A stretch of 64,000 nucleotides of DNA from an uncultured delta proteobacterium (GTDB taxonomy: Bacteria; Desulfobacterota; Syntrophobacteria; Syntrophobacterales; Syntrophobacteraceae): assembly GCA_963808625.1 (NCBI GenBank), contig CAWEHK010000029.1:64001-128000 (forward strand). The letters run 5' to 3'. The notes beneath the pieces were generated by a model. The model did no database searches. It was not told the DNA's origin and saw only the letters and a program-made list of their open reading frames with translations. The position numbers and the translations under genes are program-made. The stretch's first letter is position 1, and every line of letters begins with the position of its first letter. Below are positions 42,144 to 51,931 of this stretch, piece by piece.

Positions 42144-42999
42144 AAAGCGCCAACCTGGTCAAAAGCAGTACTTTGTGATTTGCGGACTGGTCCGGCTTAT
42201 AGGTTTCACCTTCTATGATGAGTCCCACTGCGGTGCCGGATTGAATCAACTTGATGATCATATAGGCAAGGCAGGAGAGGGTATGCTCCAGATCGTGTTC
42301 TTTAAGCGTGTTAAAATCGATGATGATGTTTCGCGATTCGATGGCCGATAGCTCCTTGGTCTTGAGCAGACCGGTCTTGGCCGTCGCTTTCCAGCTGATG
42401 TACTTGACGGGATCTCCGGAAACGTAGTTGCGGATGGAGATGAGGTCGGAGTCGTAGCCGGGGGTGTCTGACGAGACGTCCCCTTTCCATCTGGTCTGGC
42501 CGCCAAGGAGATGGTCGAGGCTGCACCGCTGCAACCTGGGGAAGATGATCAGCTCAAGGTTCTTGGGGATCCTCCGGTAGCGGGTGAAAAAGTTGAAGGG
42601 AAACACCGAGGCAACCACAACTTCGGTTATGGTGTGGACGCCTCTACTTTCAAAAACCACATTCAGGTAGAGCAGTGCGGTGGACCTTGGTCCGACGAAA
42701 GGGAACAGCACTTCCTCACCGTTGATGAGAATCTGGATTAGAAACGCCGGCATGAATCGTCGTCCGTTCGTGAGTTTGATGCCCACCGGGATCGCGGAAT
42801 GAGCGAATCGCTCCTCGGGAAAGTCCAGCGCGACCTCGATGCCACGGAGGTTTTTCCGGCCGAAGATCCCGGAAACAAGCATGTAACTCAACAGGGCCGA
42901 GGTGATGATGTAGAGGAGATTATTTGCGGTGTTGACAGCGGAGAAGCCGATGAGGATGGTCAGGACGATGTAGATGTATCCGGGTTTGTTGATCCTGAT
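42130..42999 (-). CDS. DUF58 protein (frame open upstream of 42891 to the moxR stop; start codon unclear)
   Basis: GYIYIVLTILIGFSAVNTANNLLY upstream in frame; FPFNFF, IRNYVSGDPVKYISWKATAK. Confidence 0.82.
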   Translation of the reverse strand: MRINKPGYIYIVLTILIGFSAVNTANNLLYIITSALLSYMLVSGIFGRKNLRGIEVALDFPEERFAHSAIPVGIKLTNGRRFMPAFLIQILINGEEVLFPFVGPRSTALLYLNVVFESRGVHTITEVVVASVFPFNFFTRYRRIPKNLELIIFPRLQRCSLDHLLGGQTRWKGDVSSDTPGYDSDLISIRNYVSGDPVKYISWKATAKTGLLKTKELSAIESRNIIIDFNTLKEHDLEHTLSCLAYMIIKLIQSGTAVGLIIEGETYKPDQSANHKVLLLTRLALYGQS

Positions 43000-43932
43000 T
43001 ACACCGGGGTGGGAATGTCGGCGAGCAGCGATTTCACGATCTCCCTTTTGTTGATGCTGTCGTATTCCTCACGGGCGATGACGCGATGGGGAATGATAAA
43101 TTCCGCAATCGCCTTGATATCTTCCGGTACGACGAAGTCCTTGCCCGCGAAATAAGCATGAGCCTTGGCGGCATCGATAAGGGCCAGCGCGCCCCGCGTT
43201 GAGAGGCCGACCGAAAAGTAGTCGCTTGCTCTGGTGGTTTCAATGAGATTCAGCATATAGTCGAGGATCTTGTCCGAAACGTAGATTTCCCGCTTGATCA
43301 CCTCCTGGGTCTTGAGGATTTCTTCACCGTTCATGAGCGGTTCGATTTGGTACAGTTCCTTCCGCTTGCTTCCGCCCTTCAGGATCTCCTTCTCGGCGGG
43401 ACGCAGGGGATAGCCGATTCGGATTTTCATCATGAAGCGGTCGAGCTGCGATTCGGGAAGCGGGAAGGTCCCGAACGGTTCCGCAGGGTTCTGCGTGGCG
43501 ATGACAAAAAAGGGTTTGGGCAGATCGTAGGTTTTTCCCTCGATGGTGACCTGCTTTTCGCCCATGGCTTCGAGCAGGGCGCTCTGCGTTTTCGGGGGAG
43601 CGCGGTTGATCTCGTCAACCAGCACGATGTGATTGAAGATGGGGCCCGGCCTGAATTCAAAGGCATTGGCATTCTTGTTAAAGATGAAAAGCCCGGTGAT
43701 GTCTGTGGGCAAAAGGTCGCTGGTGCATTGGACGCGCCCGAAGGTGAGGCCGAGGATTTTGGCGATGGCGATAGCGAGGGTGGTCTTGCCAAGGCCGGGA
43801 AGGTCCTCGATGAGCAGATGACCGCGCGAGAAAAAGCAGGTGAGGGCGAGCCTCAGCGCTTTCTCTTTGCCGTGGAGATACTGTGAAAGGAAAGCTACGG
43901 CGGCTTCTATTCTGTGATTGTTGGTGTCCATC
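42999..43932 (-). CDS. moxR: MoxR-family AAA+ ATPase
   Basis: HLLIEDLPGLGKT, DLLPTDITG, DEINRAPPKTQSALLEAM, ATQNP, LPESQLDRF. Confidence 0.92.
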
Positions 43933-43992
43933 CCCGATGCCGTGATATGAGTGAGAAGCATTGCGAAAGCCGTAAAAAGCAGTCGCTTCCTG

Positions 43993-45039
43993 TCATCCGT
44001 TCATAATGCGAACCGGGACGTCGTTTCTGCCTCGCGGGAAAATTTCCCCGATACGGACCGCACGCTGCCCCATGGCATTCATTAAGTCTATGATCTCTCG
44101 GGATTCCTCCGGATCAACCACGAGGATGAAACCGATCCCGCAGTTGAAGACATGGAGCATTTCCTCTTCGGAGATCGCGCCTTTTTCCTGGAGAAACCGG
44201 AAAATAGGGGGCATTTCCCAGGCGTTTCGGGAAATTACCGCCTGACACGCACGCGGGAGAATCCTCGGGATGTTGTCGAAAAACCCGCCGCCGGTGATGT
44301 GTGCCATGCCGGCGATGCCAAACTTCTTCAGGATTTTCAGGACGGGCTCGACATAAATCCGGGTTGGCTCGAGGAGTTCCTCCGCTGCGGTTCGGTTGCA
44401 TTCTCTGATTAAGCTGTCAGGCTGGAGCTTGAGCTCGTCAAACAGGATGCGCCGCACCAGGCTGTAGCCGTTGGAATGGAGCCCGCTCGAAGCGAGGCCG
44501 ATGATCTCATCACCCACGTGGATGGTCGAGCCGTCGATGATCTCGGCGTTGTCCACAAGACCCACCGCAAAGCCCGCCATGTCGTATTCGTTCGCCTGGT
44601 AGAAGTCCGGCATTTCCGCGGTTTCTCCGCCGATCAGCGAGCAGCTGGCTTCCTTGCACCCGGCAACAATGCCGCTGATCAGCTGTTCGACGAGGTCCAG
44701 ATCGACTTTGCCAAGAGCCAGATAGTCGAGAAAGAAGAGCGGGCGTGCGCCCTGAACAATGATGTCATTGACGCACATGGCGACGAGATCGATGCCCACC
44801 GTATCATGCCGGTTCGCCCAAAACGCCACTTTCAGCTTGGTGCCGACACCATCCGTGGTGGATACCAGGACCGGGTTCTTCAATTCCGTGCAATTGAACG
44901 AGTAAAGACCCCCAAAACCGCCAATGTCGGTGATTACACCCCCGCGAAAAGTGCTGCGAACAAGCGGCTTGATCCTTGTCACCAGTTCATTGGCTTTGTT
45001 CAGATCCACCCCGGCTTCTCGATATCGGTTCGCTTCCAT
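43993..45039 (-). CDS. purM: Phosphoribosylformylglycinamidine cyclo-ligase
   Basis: YREAGVD, TDGVGTKL, GGETAEMP, SSGLHSNGYSLVR, HITGGG, FNCGIG. Confidence 0.97.
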   Translation of the reverse strand: MEANRYREAGVDLNKANELVTRIKPLVRSTFRGGVITDIGGFGGLYSFNCTELKNPVLVSTTDGVGTKLKVAFWANRHDTVGIDLVAMCVNDIIVQGARPLFFLDYLALGKVDLDLVEQLISGIVAGCKEASCSLIGGETAEMPDFYQANEYDMAGFAVGLVDNAEIIDGSTIHVGDEIIGLASSGLHSNGYSLVRRILFDELKLQPDSLIRECNRTAAEELLEPTRIYVEPVLKILKKFGIAGMAHITGGGFFDNIPRILPRACQAVISRNAWEMPPIFRFLQEKGAISEEEMLHVFNCGIGFILVVDPEESREIIDLMNAMGQRAVRIGEIFPRGRNDVPVRIMNG

Positions 45040-45220
45040 GGATGCCTGATCCCCTCTCGCTGTAAGAAACCCTCTTTTGACTTGTGGCGCCGTTTCACCA
45101 CCGGATGGGAATGGTCAGTCGTGAGGCGCACGAGGTAAAATTGAAAGACTGTTTTATAACACGTATCGGCCACGGAATGGAACAGGCAAAAAGCAGTCAT
45201 TGGCGGCGCCGGTCGCCGCT

Positions 45221-45246
45221 GGTTCCCAAGCTGGAGCTTGGGAACC
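45221..45246. repeat. REP-like palindrome GGTTCCCAAGCTGGAGCTTGGGAACC
   Basis: Perfect hairpin; same family recurs at 50006-50196. Confidence 0.75.
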
Positions 45247-45339
45247 AGCAACTCTTTAACCAGCCGGAGGAACGCCGGCAGGGGCAGGTCGCCAAGGGAC
45301 TGTCCAAAAACAACTTGCACTCATTTCAGCCGTTTTTCG

Positions 45340-45400
45340 AACCACGAAGAACACGAAGAACACGAAGAAATCACTTCGTGTCCTTCGTGTTCTTCGTGGT
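45340..45400. repeat. Palindromic element of 9-bp CACGAAGAA units
   Basis: accacgaagaacacgaagaacacgaag...cttcgtgtccttcgtgttcttcgtggt. Confidence 0.75.
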
Positions 45401-45511
45401 GAAAGAAGGCCTTTTATTTTTGGACGCCCCCTAAGCGGGGCTGCGGCCTTCGTCGTGGTTGCTGCTCGTTGCCGTTCGTGTTAAACGGGGATTGCGTGGG
45501 GAGAGGAGAGC

Positions 45512-46576
45512 ATGTCGCAAGCCACCAAGACCCTGAAAAAAACCTTGATCGTACTGTGCTCGATCCTTGTCCTGGCGGGAATGGCCCTGGGGGTGGGGGT
45601 GTTCGAGTTTTGGCTGTTTCTCAGGTCGCCCGCAAGTCCGCGCCTGGAAATCCGCCAGGTGACGATCAGGCCGGGCATGAATGCAGCGGGTGTCGCACAG
45701 CTTCTTGCTGCCGAAGGAATCATCACGGACGCCAGGAAATTCTATTTCCTCTGCCGGCTTCGCCAGGCCGGCCACAAACTGAAGGCCGGAGAATATGGTT
45801 TTTTGCCTCTCTCGACGCCGGGCCAGGTCCTTGAGCAAATGCTCTCCGGTCGGGCCATCCTCCAGCGTGTGACCTTTCCGGAAGGTTCAACCGTTTATGA
45901 CGTCGCCAGAATGATGCAGGAAAAGGGCCTGGCCTCCGCATCGGAGGTCCTGCGGCTGGCTGGGGACGGCGACTTTATCAGGTCCAATGGGCTGAGCGTC
46001 GCGAACCTCGAGGGCTACCTCTTCCCGGAGACGTATTTTTTTCACAGGAGCCAGGGCGAAGGCGCCATGTTGAGAATGATGGTCCGGGAATTCCGGCGAC
46101 GTCTTCCCGAGGGGTGGGAGCAGCAGGCGGCAGAACGGGGCCTTGGTCTCCACGAGATTGTGACCATGGCTTCCATGGTGGAAAAAGAAGCGGTGATTGA
46201 TGCCGAACGTCCTGTCATTGCGGGAGTCTTCTACAATCGCCTGCGCCGGAAGATGCCGCTGCAAAGTGATCCCACCGCCGTTTATGATTTGACCGATTTC
46301 TCCGGGCCCATCTCGGGGCGTCACCTGAGGCGGCCAAGCCCTTACAATACCTATCAGAACCAGGGCCTGCCCATTGGCCCGATATGCAACCCGGGGAGAA
46401 AATCGCTGGAAGCGGCGCTCACGCCTGAAAAAGTCTCCTATCTCTACTTCGTCAGCAACCATGACGGCACCCACCAGTTTTCGCAAACGCTCGCCGAACA
46501 CAATAAAGCGGTGGCCCGTTTGCATCGGAAGCAGAAAGATCTCTATTTTGGAGGAAATTCTACACGCCATGACTGA
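45512..46576 (+). CDS. mltG: Endolytic transglycosylase MltG
   Basis: N-terminal TM, LKAGEY, TFPEG, LEGYLFPETY, ASMVEKE, LQSDPT, SPYNTY, GPICNPG, YLYFVS. Confidence 0.95.
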   Translation: MSQATKTLKKTLIVLCSILVLAGMALGVGVFEFWLFLRSPASPRLEIRQVTIRPGMNAAGVAQLLAAEGIITDARKFYFLCRLRQAGHKLKAGEYGFLPLSTPGQVLEQMLSGRAILQRVTFPEGSTVYDVARMMQEKGLASASEVLRLAGDGDFIRSNGLSVANLEGYLFPETYFFHRSQGEGAMLRMMVREFRRRLPEGWEQQAAERGLGLHEIVTMASMVEKEAVIDAERPVIAGVFYNRLRRKMPLQSDPTAVYDLTDFSGPISGRHLRRPSPYNTYQNQGLPIGPICNPGRKSLEAALTPEKVSYLYFVSNHDGTHQFSQTLAEHNKAVARLHRKQKDLYFGGNSTRHD

Positions 46577-47384
46577 TTCACCGGCGCCACCGGCTGCCAG
46601 CATCGTTTTTGCCGCCGGCAGGGGGACTCGCATGCTTGGTTATGCGGGCAACAAAACCCTCTTGCCCCTCATCCCGAAAACCTCTGCCTACGATGGCGAT
46701 CACCCGCTGCTCCTGGAAGTTCTGGGGAATTTGCCTCCCGGTCCCGTCGGGATTGTCGTTAACCATTGTGCGGAAGAGGTTGAGCGGGCGACGAAGGATT
46801 TTGGCGTTGCCACCATTCCGCAGCCGATAACCAATGGAACGGGGGGAGCGCTGCTCGCCGCCCGCAGCTTCCTGGAAACCGTGCCCCAGGATGCCGTGAT
46901 CATTACCATGGGGGATGTTCCCCTGATTCGTCGGAGGACTTATAGCAGGCTCATTCGCATGCTTGAGGAAAGAGAGTTCGTGATTCTCGCCTTCGAGCCC
47001 CGTGACCGGGCGCAATACGGGATGCTGGAGATGGCAGGAGAGCGCGTCCTGCGGATTGTGGAATGGAAGTACTGGCGCACCTATTCTCCCGCCGAACTGG
47101 CCAGGCTGAGGTTTTGTAACGCCGGCGTTTATGCCGCACGGCGTTCCATCCTGCTCCAGTACCTGGACCGTCTCGCCGATCAGCCTCATCTCGTGGAAAA
47201 GCAGCGGGGTGACCAATGGGTGACGATCAAAGAATACTTCTTGACGGATTTAATAGAATTCATGAGCAGCGATGGCTTGCCGGTCGGATGGGTCCTGGCG
47301 CCGGAGGAGGAAGTGACCGGAGTGGATACCCCTGAAGCGTTGCAGGCGGTCCAGAAGCATTACCGGGAGAGCAGTGGTCAGTGA
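46569..47384 (+). CDS. Stand-alone nucleotidyltransferase resembling the GlmU N-terminal domain
   Basis: FAAGRGTRM..K, NGTGGA, GDVPL, YG, IVEWK, CNAGVY, EYFLTD; no hexapeptide C-terminal domain. Confidence 0.8.
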   Translation: MTDSPAPPAASIVFAAGRGTRMLGYAGNKTLLPLIPKTSAYDGDHPLLLEVLGNLPPGPVGIVVNHCAEEVERATKDFGVATIPQPITNGTGGALLAARSFLETVPQDAVIITMGDVPLIRRRTYSRLIRMLEEREFVILAFEPRDRAQYGMLEMAGERVLRIVEWKYWRTYSPAELARLRFCNAGVYAARRSILLQYLDRLADQPHLVEKQRGDQWVTIKEYFLTDLIEFMSSDGLPVGWVLAPEEEVTGVDTPEALQAVQKHYRESSGQ

Positions 47385-47448
47385 TCAGTGGTCATCACTC
47401 ATCACTCATCACTCAGCACCCAGCACTCAGCACCCATCACTCATCACT
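47374..47448. repeat. Heptamer tandem/inverted repeats (TCATCAC/TCAGCAC) between convergent genes
   Basis: gtggtcagtgatcagtggtcatcactcatcactcatcactcagcacccagcactcagcacccatcactcatcact. Confidence 0.75.
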
Positions 47449-48448
47449 CCCACCCCAACACAATCTTACCGAAGTGACGATTCTCCTTCATGTACTGGTG
47501 GGCATCCTCGACCGCCTGCACGGGGAAGACGCGGTCAAGAATCGGTCGTACCTCTCCTGATTCCAGGAGCGGTCGCACCTGCCTGGTGAAAGCCCTGGTC
47601 AAAGCCGCTTTCTCTTCACGGGACTGGCTGCGCAGCACCGAGCCGATGATCCGCAGGCGCTTGGTGAGGACCGGGGCCAGCGGGAGTTCTCCTTTGTTGC
47701 CGCCCATCAGCCCGATGATGACCAGGCGGCCCCTCGGTTTGAGGATTTCGATGTGCTTCGCGAGGTAGGAAGCCCCAATCCAGTCCAGGATCACATCCAC
47801 GCCCCGGCCTCCGGTAAGTTCGAGGACCCGGGCGGCGAAATCCTCCGTCTGGTAGTTGATCGCGAAAGCGGCGCCCAATTCCAGGCAGCGTGCGATCTTT
47901 TCCTGGGAGCCGACCGTGGTGATAGGCGTCACGCCATGAGCGCGGGCCAGTTGGATTGCTGCGGTCCCCACGCCGCTGCCCCCGCCGTGGACCAGCAGCG
48001 TTTCTCCGCTCTTCGTCTGTGCTTCGATGAAGAGGTTGAAAAAGGCGGTGAAAAAAACCTCGGCAGCCGCGGCGGCCGCGACAAAGTCCAGGTTATCGGG
48101 GATCGAGACGAGATGATCGGCGCTTACCGTCGCGTAGCGGCCGTAGCCGCCGCCGGCGATGATCCCGAAAACCCGCTCTCCAGGGTCCCACCCATCCACA
48201 TTGGGGCCCTTTTCGACGACCACCCCGGCGAAGTCGAGACCGATGATGGGTGATGCTCCCGGTGGGGGCGGATACAGCCCACGCCGCTGCAACAGGTCAG
48301 CCCGGTTCACCGAACAGGCTTCAACGCGCACCAGAACTTCGCCGGCCTTGGGGGAAGGGCGGGGGGCCCGGCCCATGACGAGGGTATTCCAATCCCCTTT
48401 TTGGGCTGGTTCCTGAATCACGATGGCATCCATCAAGGGTTCATTCAT
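47444..48448 (-). CDS. NAD(P)H-quinone oxidoreductase (PIG3/zeta-crystallin family)
   Basis: VNRADLLQRRGLYPPPPGAS, HGGGSGVGTAAIQL, HFGKIVL. Confidence 0.92.
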   Translation of the reverse strand: MNEPLMDAIVIQEPAQKGDWNTLVMGRAPRPSPKAGEVLVRVEACSVNRADLLQRRGLYPPPPGASPIIGLDFAGVVVEKGPNVDGWDPGERVFGIIAGGGYGRYATVSADHLVSIPDNLDFVAAAAAAEVFFTAFFNLFIEAQTKSGETLLVHGGGSGVGTAAIQLARAHGVTPITTVGSQEKIARCLELGAAFAINYQTEDFAARVLELTGGRGVDVILDWIGASYLAKHIEILKPRGRLVIIGLMGGNKGELPLAPVLTKRLRIIGSVLRSQSREEKAALTRAFTRQVRPLLESGEVRPILDRVFPVQAVEDAHQYMKENRHFGKIVLGWE

Positions 48449-49131
48449 TCGAGTTCTCCATGTTCGGCGAAGGAAAAGTAGTGGGGGCCGGCAATGATGA
48501 TATGGTCATGGACATGAATGTCGAGATCGTTCAGGAGTTTCTTCAACCTGCGCGTGAGCTGGCGGTCCGCAGCGGATGGGTTCGGGTCCCCTCCGGGATG
48601 ATTATGGGCCAGAATGACGGCCGTGGCATGATGCTTTACAATGGCTTCCACGACCAGCCTGGGAAAGACCGCCGTGCGGTTGACGCTGCCTTTCTGGACG
48701 GTCTCGGTTGCGAGCAACTCGTTCTTGCTGTTGAGAGCGAGAATACAGAACACTTCGCTGCGCTCCGTTTCGAGCTCAGAGCGCAAAAGCGCGACCGCGT
48801 TGTCCGTGGTGATGACTTTTTTTCTTCGATGATCCCGATTCCATCGGTCCGTTTGGTAGCGGTCGAAAAGGCGGGGAATGGCGGCGATGAGGGTCGCTGC
48901 CTGCGGCCCGATGCCGTCCACTCGTTGAAGGCTGGCCGGCGGCGTATCAAGGACCTCGGCGAGACTCCCAAATGTAGCCAGCAGCTCCTTGGCGAGGGGT
49001 TTGACATCCCGGCGGGGAATCACAAAAGTGAGCAGCAATTCCAGGACCTCATGGTCATGAAATCCGTCCAAAGCACTTTGCTCGAACCTCTCTCGAAGCC
49101 GCTTCCGATGGCCTTCAGGACCGATTGTCAT
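48445..49131 (-). CDS. radC: RadC-family JAB-domain protein
   Basis: GHRKRLRERF, ELLL...IPRRDVKPLAK, HhH GIGP, AHNHPGGDPNPSAAD, DHIII. Confidence 0.93.
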   Translation of the reverse strand: MTIGPEGHRKRLRERFEQSALDGFHDHEVLELLLTFVIPRRDVKPLAKELLATFGSLAEVLDTPPASLQRVDGIGPQAATLIAAIPRLFDRYQTDRWNRDHRRKKVITTDNAVALLRSELETERSEVFCILALNSKNELLATETVQKGSVNRTAVFPRLVVEAIVKHHATAVILAHNHPGGDPNPSAADRQLTRRLKKLLNDLDIHVHDHIIIAGPHYFSFAEHGELE

Positions 49132-49182
49132 GGGGTGCTCCGGCGGCGCTCGAATGCTGAGGATGGCTCAAAGTGCAGGGGC

Positions 49183-49818
49183 TCAAAGCGTACCCTTTTG
49201 CTCAGCGACCTTTTCACGCAACTGCGTAAGAAAGGCATCAAAGGGCTTGCTGGATAAAATAGAACTGAATTGCCCCCGGTAGTTTTCCACCAGGCTGACC
49301 CCTTCAATCACGACGTCGTACACCTTCCACTGTCCACTTATCTGTTTGAGGCGGTAGTCGAGCTGAATGTTGGTGTTTTTGTAGTTCAGCACCCGGGTCT
49401 TCACCAGGGCATAGTCGCCTTCGATCTTTTGCTCGTCGTAAACAAGCTTCTCGTCGGTGTACGTATAGGTTTCCACCCGGCCGACGTAGTAGTTGAAAAG
49501 GAGCTGCTTGAAGAGGTCGACAAACTCCTGCTGTTTTTGGGGCGGCTGTTCTTTCCAGGGGCGTCCGAGGGCGCGCTTGGCCATCTCTCCAAAGTCGAAA
49601 TACTCATCAACAATATGCAGGATCTCCGTCCGGCGTTCGCGGAGACTGGGGGCCGCCCCCGAGTGGGCGCTCCTGATGATCTCGCGGGCGCGATCCGTCC
49701 CCGACTTGATCAGTTCCAAAGGAGAATCGGCGGGAGGGCCGGATGCCGCGGCAACAAGAACGGCCGATAACATCAGAAAGCTCATGCCGACAATCATGAA
49801 ACGAAACCATTTCTGCAT
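49183..49818 (-). CDS. mlaC: Periplasmic phospholipid-binding protein MlaC/Ttg2D
   Basis: Signal peptide; FDFGEMAKRALG, WKVYDVVIEGVSLVENYRGQF. Confidence 0.88.
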   Translation of the reverse strand: MQKWFRFMIVGMSFLMLSAVLVAAASGPPADSPLELIKSGTDRAREIIRSAHSGAAPSLRERRTEILHIVDEYFDFGEMAKRALGRPWKEQPPQKQQEFVDLFKQLLFNYYVGRVETYTYTDEKLVYDEQKIEGDYALVKTRVLNYKNTNIQLDYRLKQISGQWKVYDVVIEGVSLVENYRGQFSSILSSKPFDAFLTQLREKVAEQKGTL

Positions 49819-50005
49819 TGCAACCCCTCCCATAGCGAAAAACGCTAAGCAAAATCCTTCATTCGATTTGGAAAGCCTGTTTTCGAACCATGTAGTTTAA
49901 CAGCACTTGCACCAAAGCGCGAACAATTTTTCGTGGGCCGTCTGATCATGCTGCCCCTGCCCGCGTACGCCAACTCTGAGCCTGCCGGAAAATTCCCCCT
50001 AAAGC

Positions 50006-50196
50006 AGGTTCCCAAGCTCCGGTTTGGGAACCTGCTTGCTTGGAAGCTCCGGCTTCGTCGGACCTGAGGGTGCCACCTGATACCCAGGAGGCACGGGAAG
50101 CGGGAGCTTCCGTGCGTGCGTTCCCAAGCTGGAGCTTGGGAACGAGCGTACCTTGGAGCTTGGGAACGAGCGTACCTTGGAGCTTGGGAACGAGCG
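50006..50196. repeat. Cluster of GTTCCCAAGCT-type REP-like hairpins with 24-bp tandem duplication
   Basis: caggttcccaagctccggtttgggaacctg; cgttcccaagctggagcttgggaacg followed by two extra agcgtaccttggagcttgggaacg units. Confidence 0.75.
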
Positions 50197-50489
50197 ATTT
50201 CTCCCACGCTTATGGAAGTGGGCCGATGGGCTTTTTCCATCGATTTCTGGGCAAAATTTGAACTTTCAGAAAGCCTTTCAATCAGGTTGGTTTCCATCCG
50301 GGAATAACCCCGATCCGAGCTTGGACCGTGTACTTAAACCGTAGGGGAGGGGTTTATCCCCTCCCGAATGCACTGATGTTATAGCCCGTTTCGGGCGGAT
50401 ATAAGATCCAGCCCTTGTATTGTCCAATTCAAGCCTACGGCCTCCGGGTCGTGGCAAGTTAAGAAGGCTCCGGCATCATCGCGGCCATA

Positions 50490-50526
50490 TATTCGCCTTG
50501 ACATCCTTCGCTGAGGCGAATAAAAG
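50490..50526 (+). promoter_or_regulatory. Putative sigma70 promoter of fabD overlapped by 9-bp inverted repeat
   Basis: TTGACA(50498)-N17-TAAAAG; TATTCGCCT-N15-AGGCGAATA. Confidence 0.55.
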
Positions 50527-50590
50527 CATGCGCAATCAATAAATCCGGGCGTCTGCTCCGGTATTTCAATCTCCTGAAGGAGCAAAGGGT

Positions 50591-51512
50591 ATGCATGATT
50601 GGGTTTTCCTTTTTCCCGGCCAGGGATCGCAATATGTGGGGATGGGACAGGAATTTTACGAGAATTACAGCGAGGTCCAGGAGCTCTTCGCGCAGGCAGG
50701 CGATATCCTGCAAATGGACGTAGCAAAGTTGTGCTTTGAAGGTCCCGAAGAGGTGCTGGTGCTCACCGAAAACGTTCAGCCCGCCATCACCGTGGTGAAC
50801 CTGGCCTGCCTCGCGGTGATGCAACTTCATGAAATCTATCCGGCGGCAACGGCCGGCCATAGCCTGGGAGAATACAGCGCCCTTTATACCGCAGGGGTCC
50901 TGGAGCTGAAAGATGTTCTGGAGCTCGTGCGGCTGCGTGGCCTGTACATGCACGAAGCCTCTCTGGCAGAACCGGGGGCCATGGCTGCCGTGATGGAACT
51001 GGACCAGGACAAGCTCCTTGATATCTGCGAGATGTGCGGGGTGGAGGTCGCCAATATTAACTGTCCCGAGCAGATCATCATCACTGGTCCGGTTGAACCC
51101 ATCGAACCGTGCGGTGACGATGAGTGAGAGCGCCGGGGCCAAGAAGTGCATGAGGCTCAACGTGAGCGGCCCCTGGCACAGCCGCTGTATGCAAATCGCC
51201 CGTGAGCGGTTCGATCCCTTCGTCCGCGCCTGCACTTTCCGCGAACCGAAGGTCCCGGTGATCAATAATGTCGATGCGTTGCCCCTCGAAAATGCGGCCC
51301 GGACAGCGGACAAGCTCATCAGCCAGATCTGCAACCCGGTGCTGTGGCAGCAATCCATGGAGCGGCTCATTGCCGATGGGCACAACCACTTTGTCGAAGT
51401 AGGACCGAAAAAAGTCCTTCGCGGCCTGATGCGCCGCATCAACCGCAACGCCAAAGTGCTCAATGTGGAAGACGCCGCCAGCCTCGCCAGTTTCCTGCAA
51501 GCGAACCAGTGA
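50591..51512 (+). CDS. fabD: Malonyl-CoA:ACP transacylase, frameshift ~51105 (likely artefact)
   Basis: FLFPGQGSQYVGMG, QPAI, GHSLGEY, N.N...Q, VSGPWHS, PVLW, EVGPKKVL. Confidence 0.93.
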
Positions 51513-51514
51513 AC

Positions 51515-51590
51515 GGAATTTCGGATTTCGGATATCGGATATGAGATTTCGGATGCCGGGTATGTGATCTCGGACGTGGAATTTCAGGTT
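51515..51590. repeat. Degenerate heptamer repeats (GGATTTC/GGATATC)
   Basis: ggaatttcggatttcggatatcggatatgagatttcggatg. Confidence 0.6.
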
Positions 51591-51931
51591 TCAAAACAAA
51601 ACAGCATGAGTGCCTGCACAGTTATCAATATTTCATCACCCTCGATCCTGAGCGCTATGCGAGTTAAGTCATCCCCAAAATGGACACTTTCTCCCCTAGG
51701 AACAACTACTTACAGAATTAGTGCGGTAAAGTCGGGCTAGCGAACCTCAGCGCCGGCATTTGCGCCTCGAACGGGTCGTCCCCAAAATCTTCTCACGTGG
51801 CCCGGGGGCGAGCCGCGTCAATCGGCCTCATGCCGTGTGTCCACGCCGGCTTTTTTGAGCCGAGGCCCTTCCCTCCGAGCGCCAAAGGATTTATCCTCCA
51901 GGGCGTCAAATTCTGAATTGGGGTGGATATC

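Noticed and set aside
48445..49131. radC as marker of a mobile element
   Set aside because: Full-length HhH+JAB form among housekeeping genes, with no mobility genes adjacent.
50119..50196. Tandem TGGAGCTTGGGAACGAGCG repeats as a mini CRISPR array
   Set aside because: 24-bp period with identical short linkers, no unique spacers and no cas genes; it is an expansion of a REP-like hairpin arm.
51668..51790. Two GTC(A/G)TCCCCAAAAT copies upstream of moeA as a Moco riboswitch or operator
   Set aside because: I could not match a Moco/Wco RNA motif or ModE-type palindrome by eye; too short to support a call.
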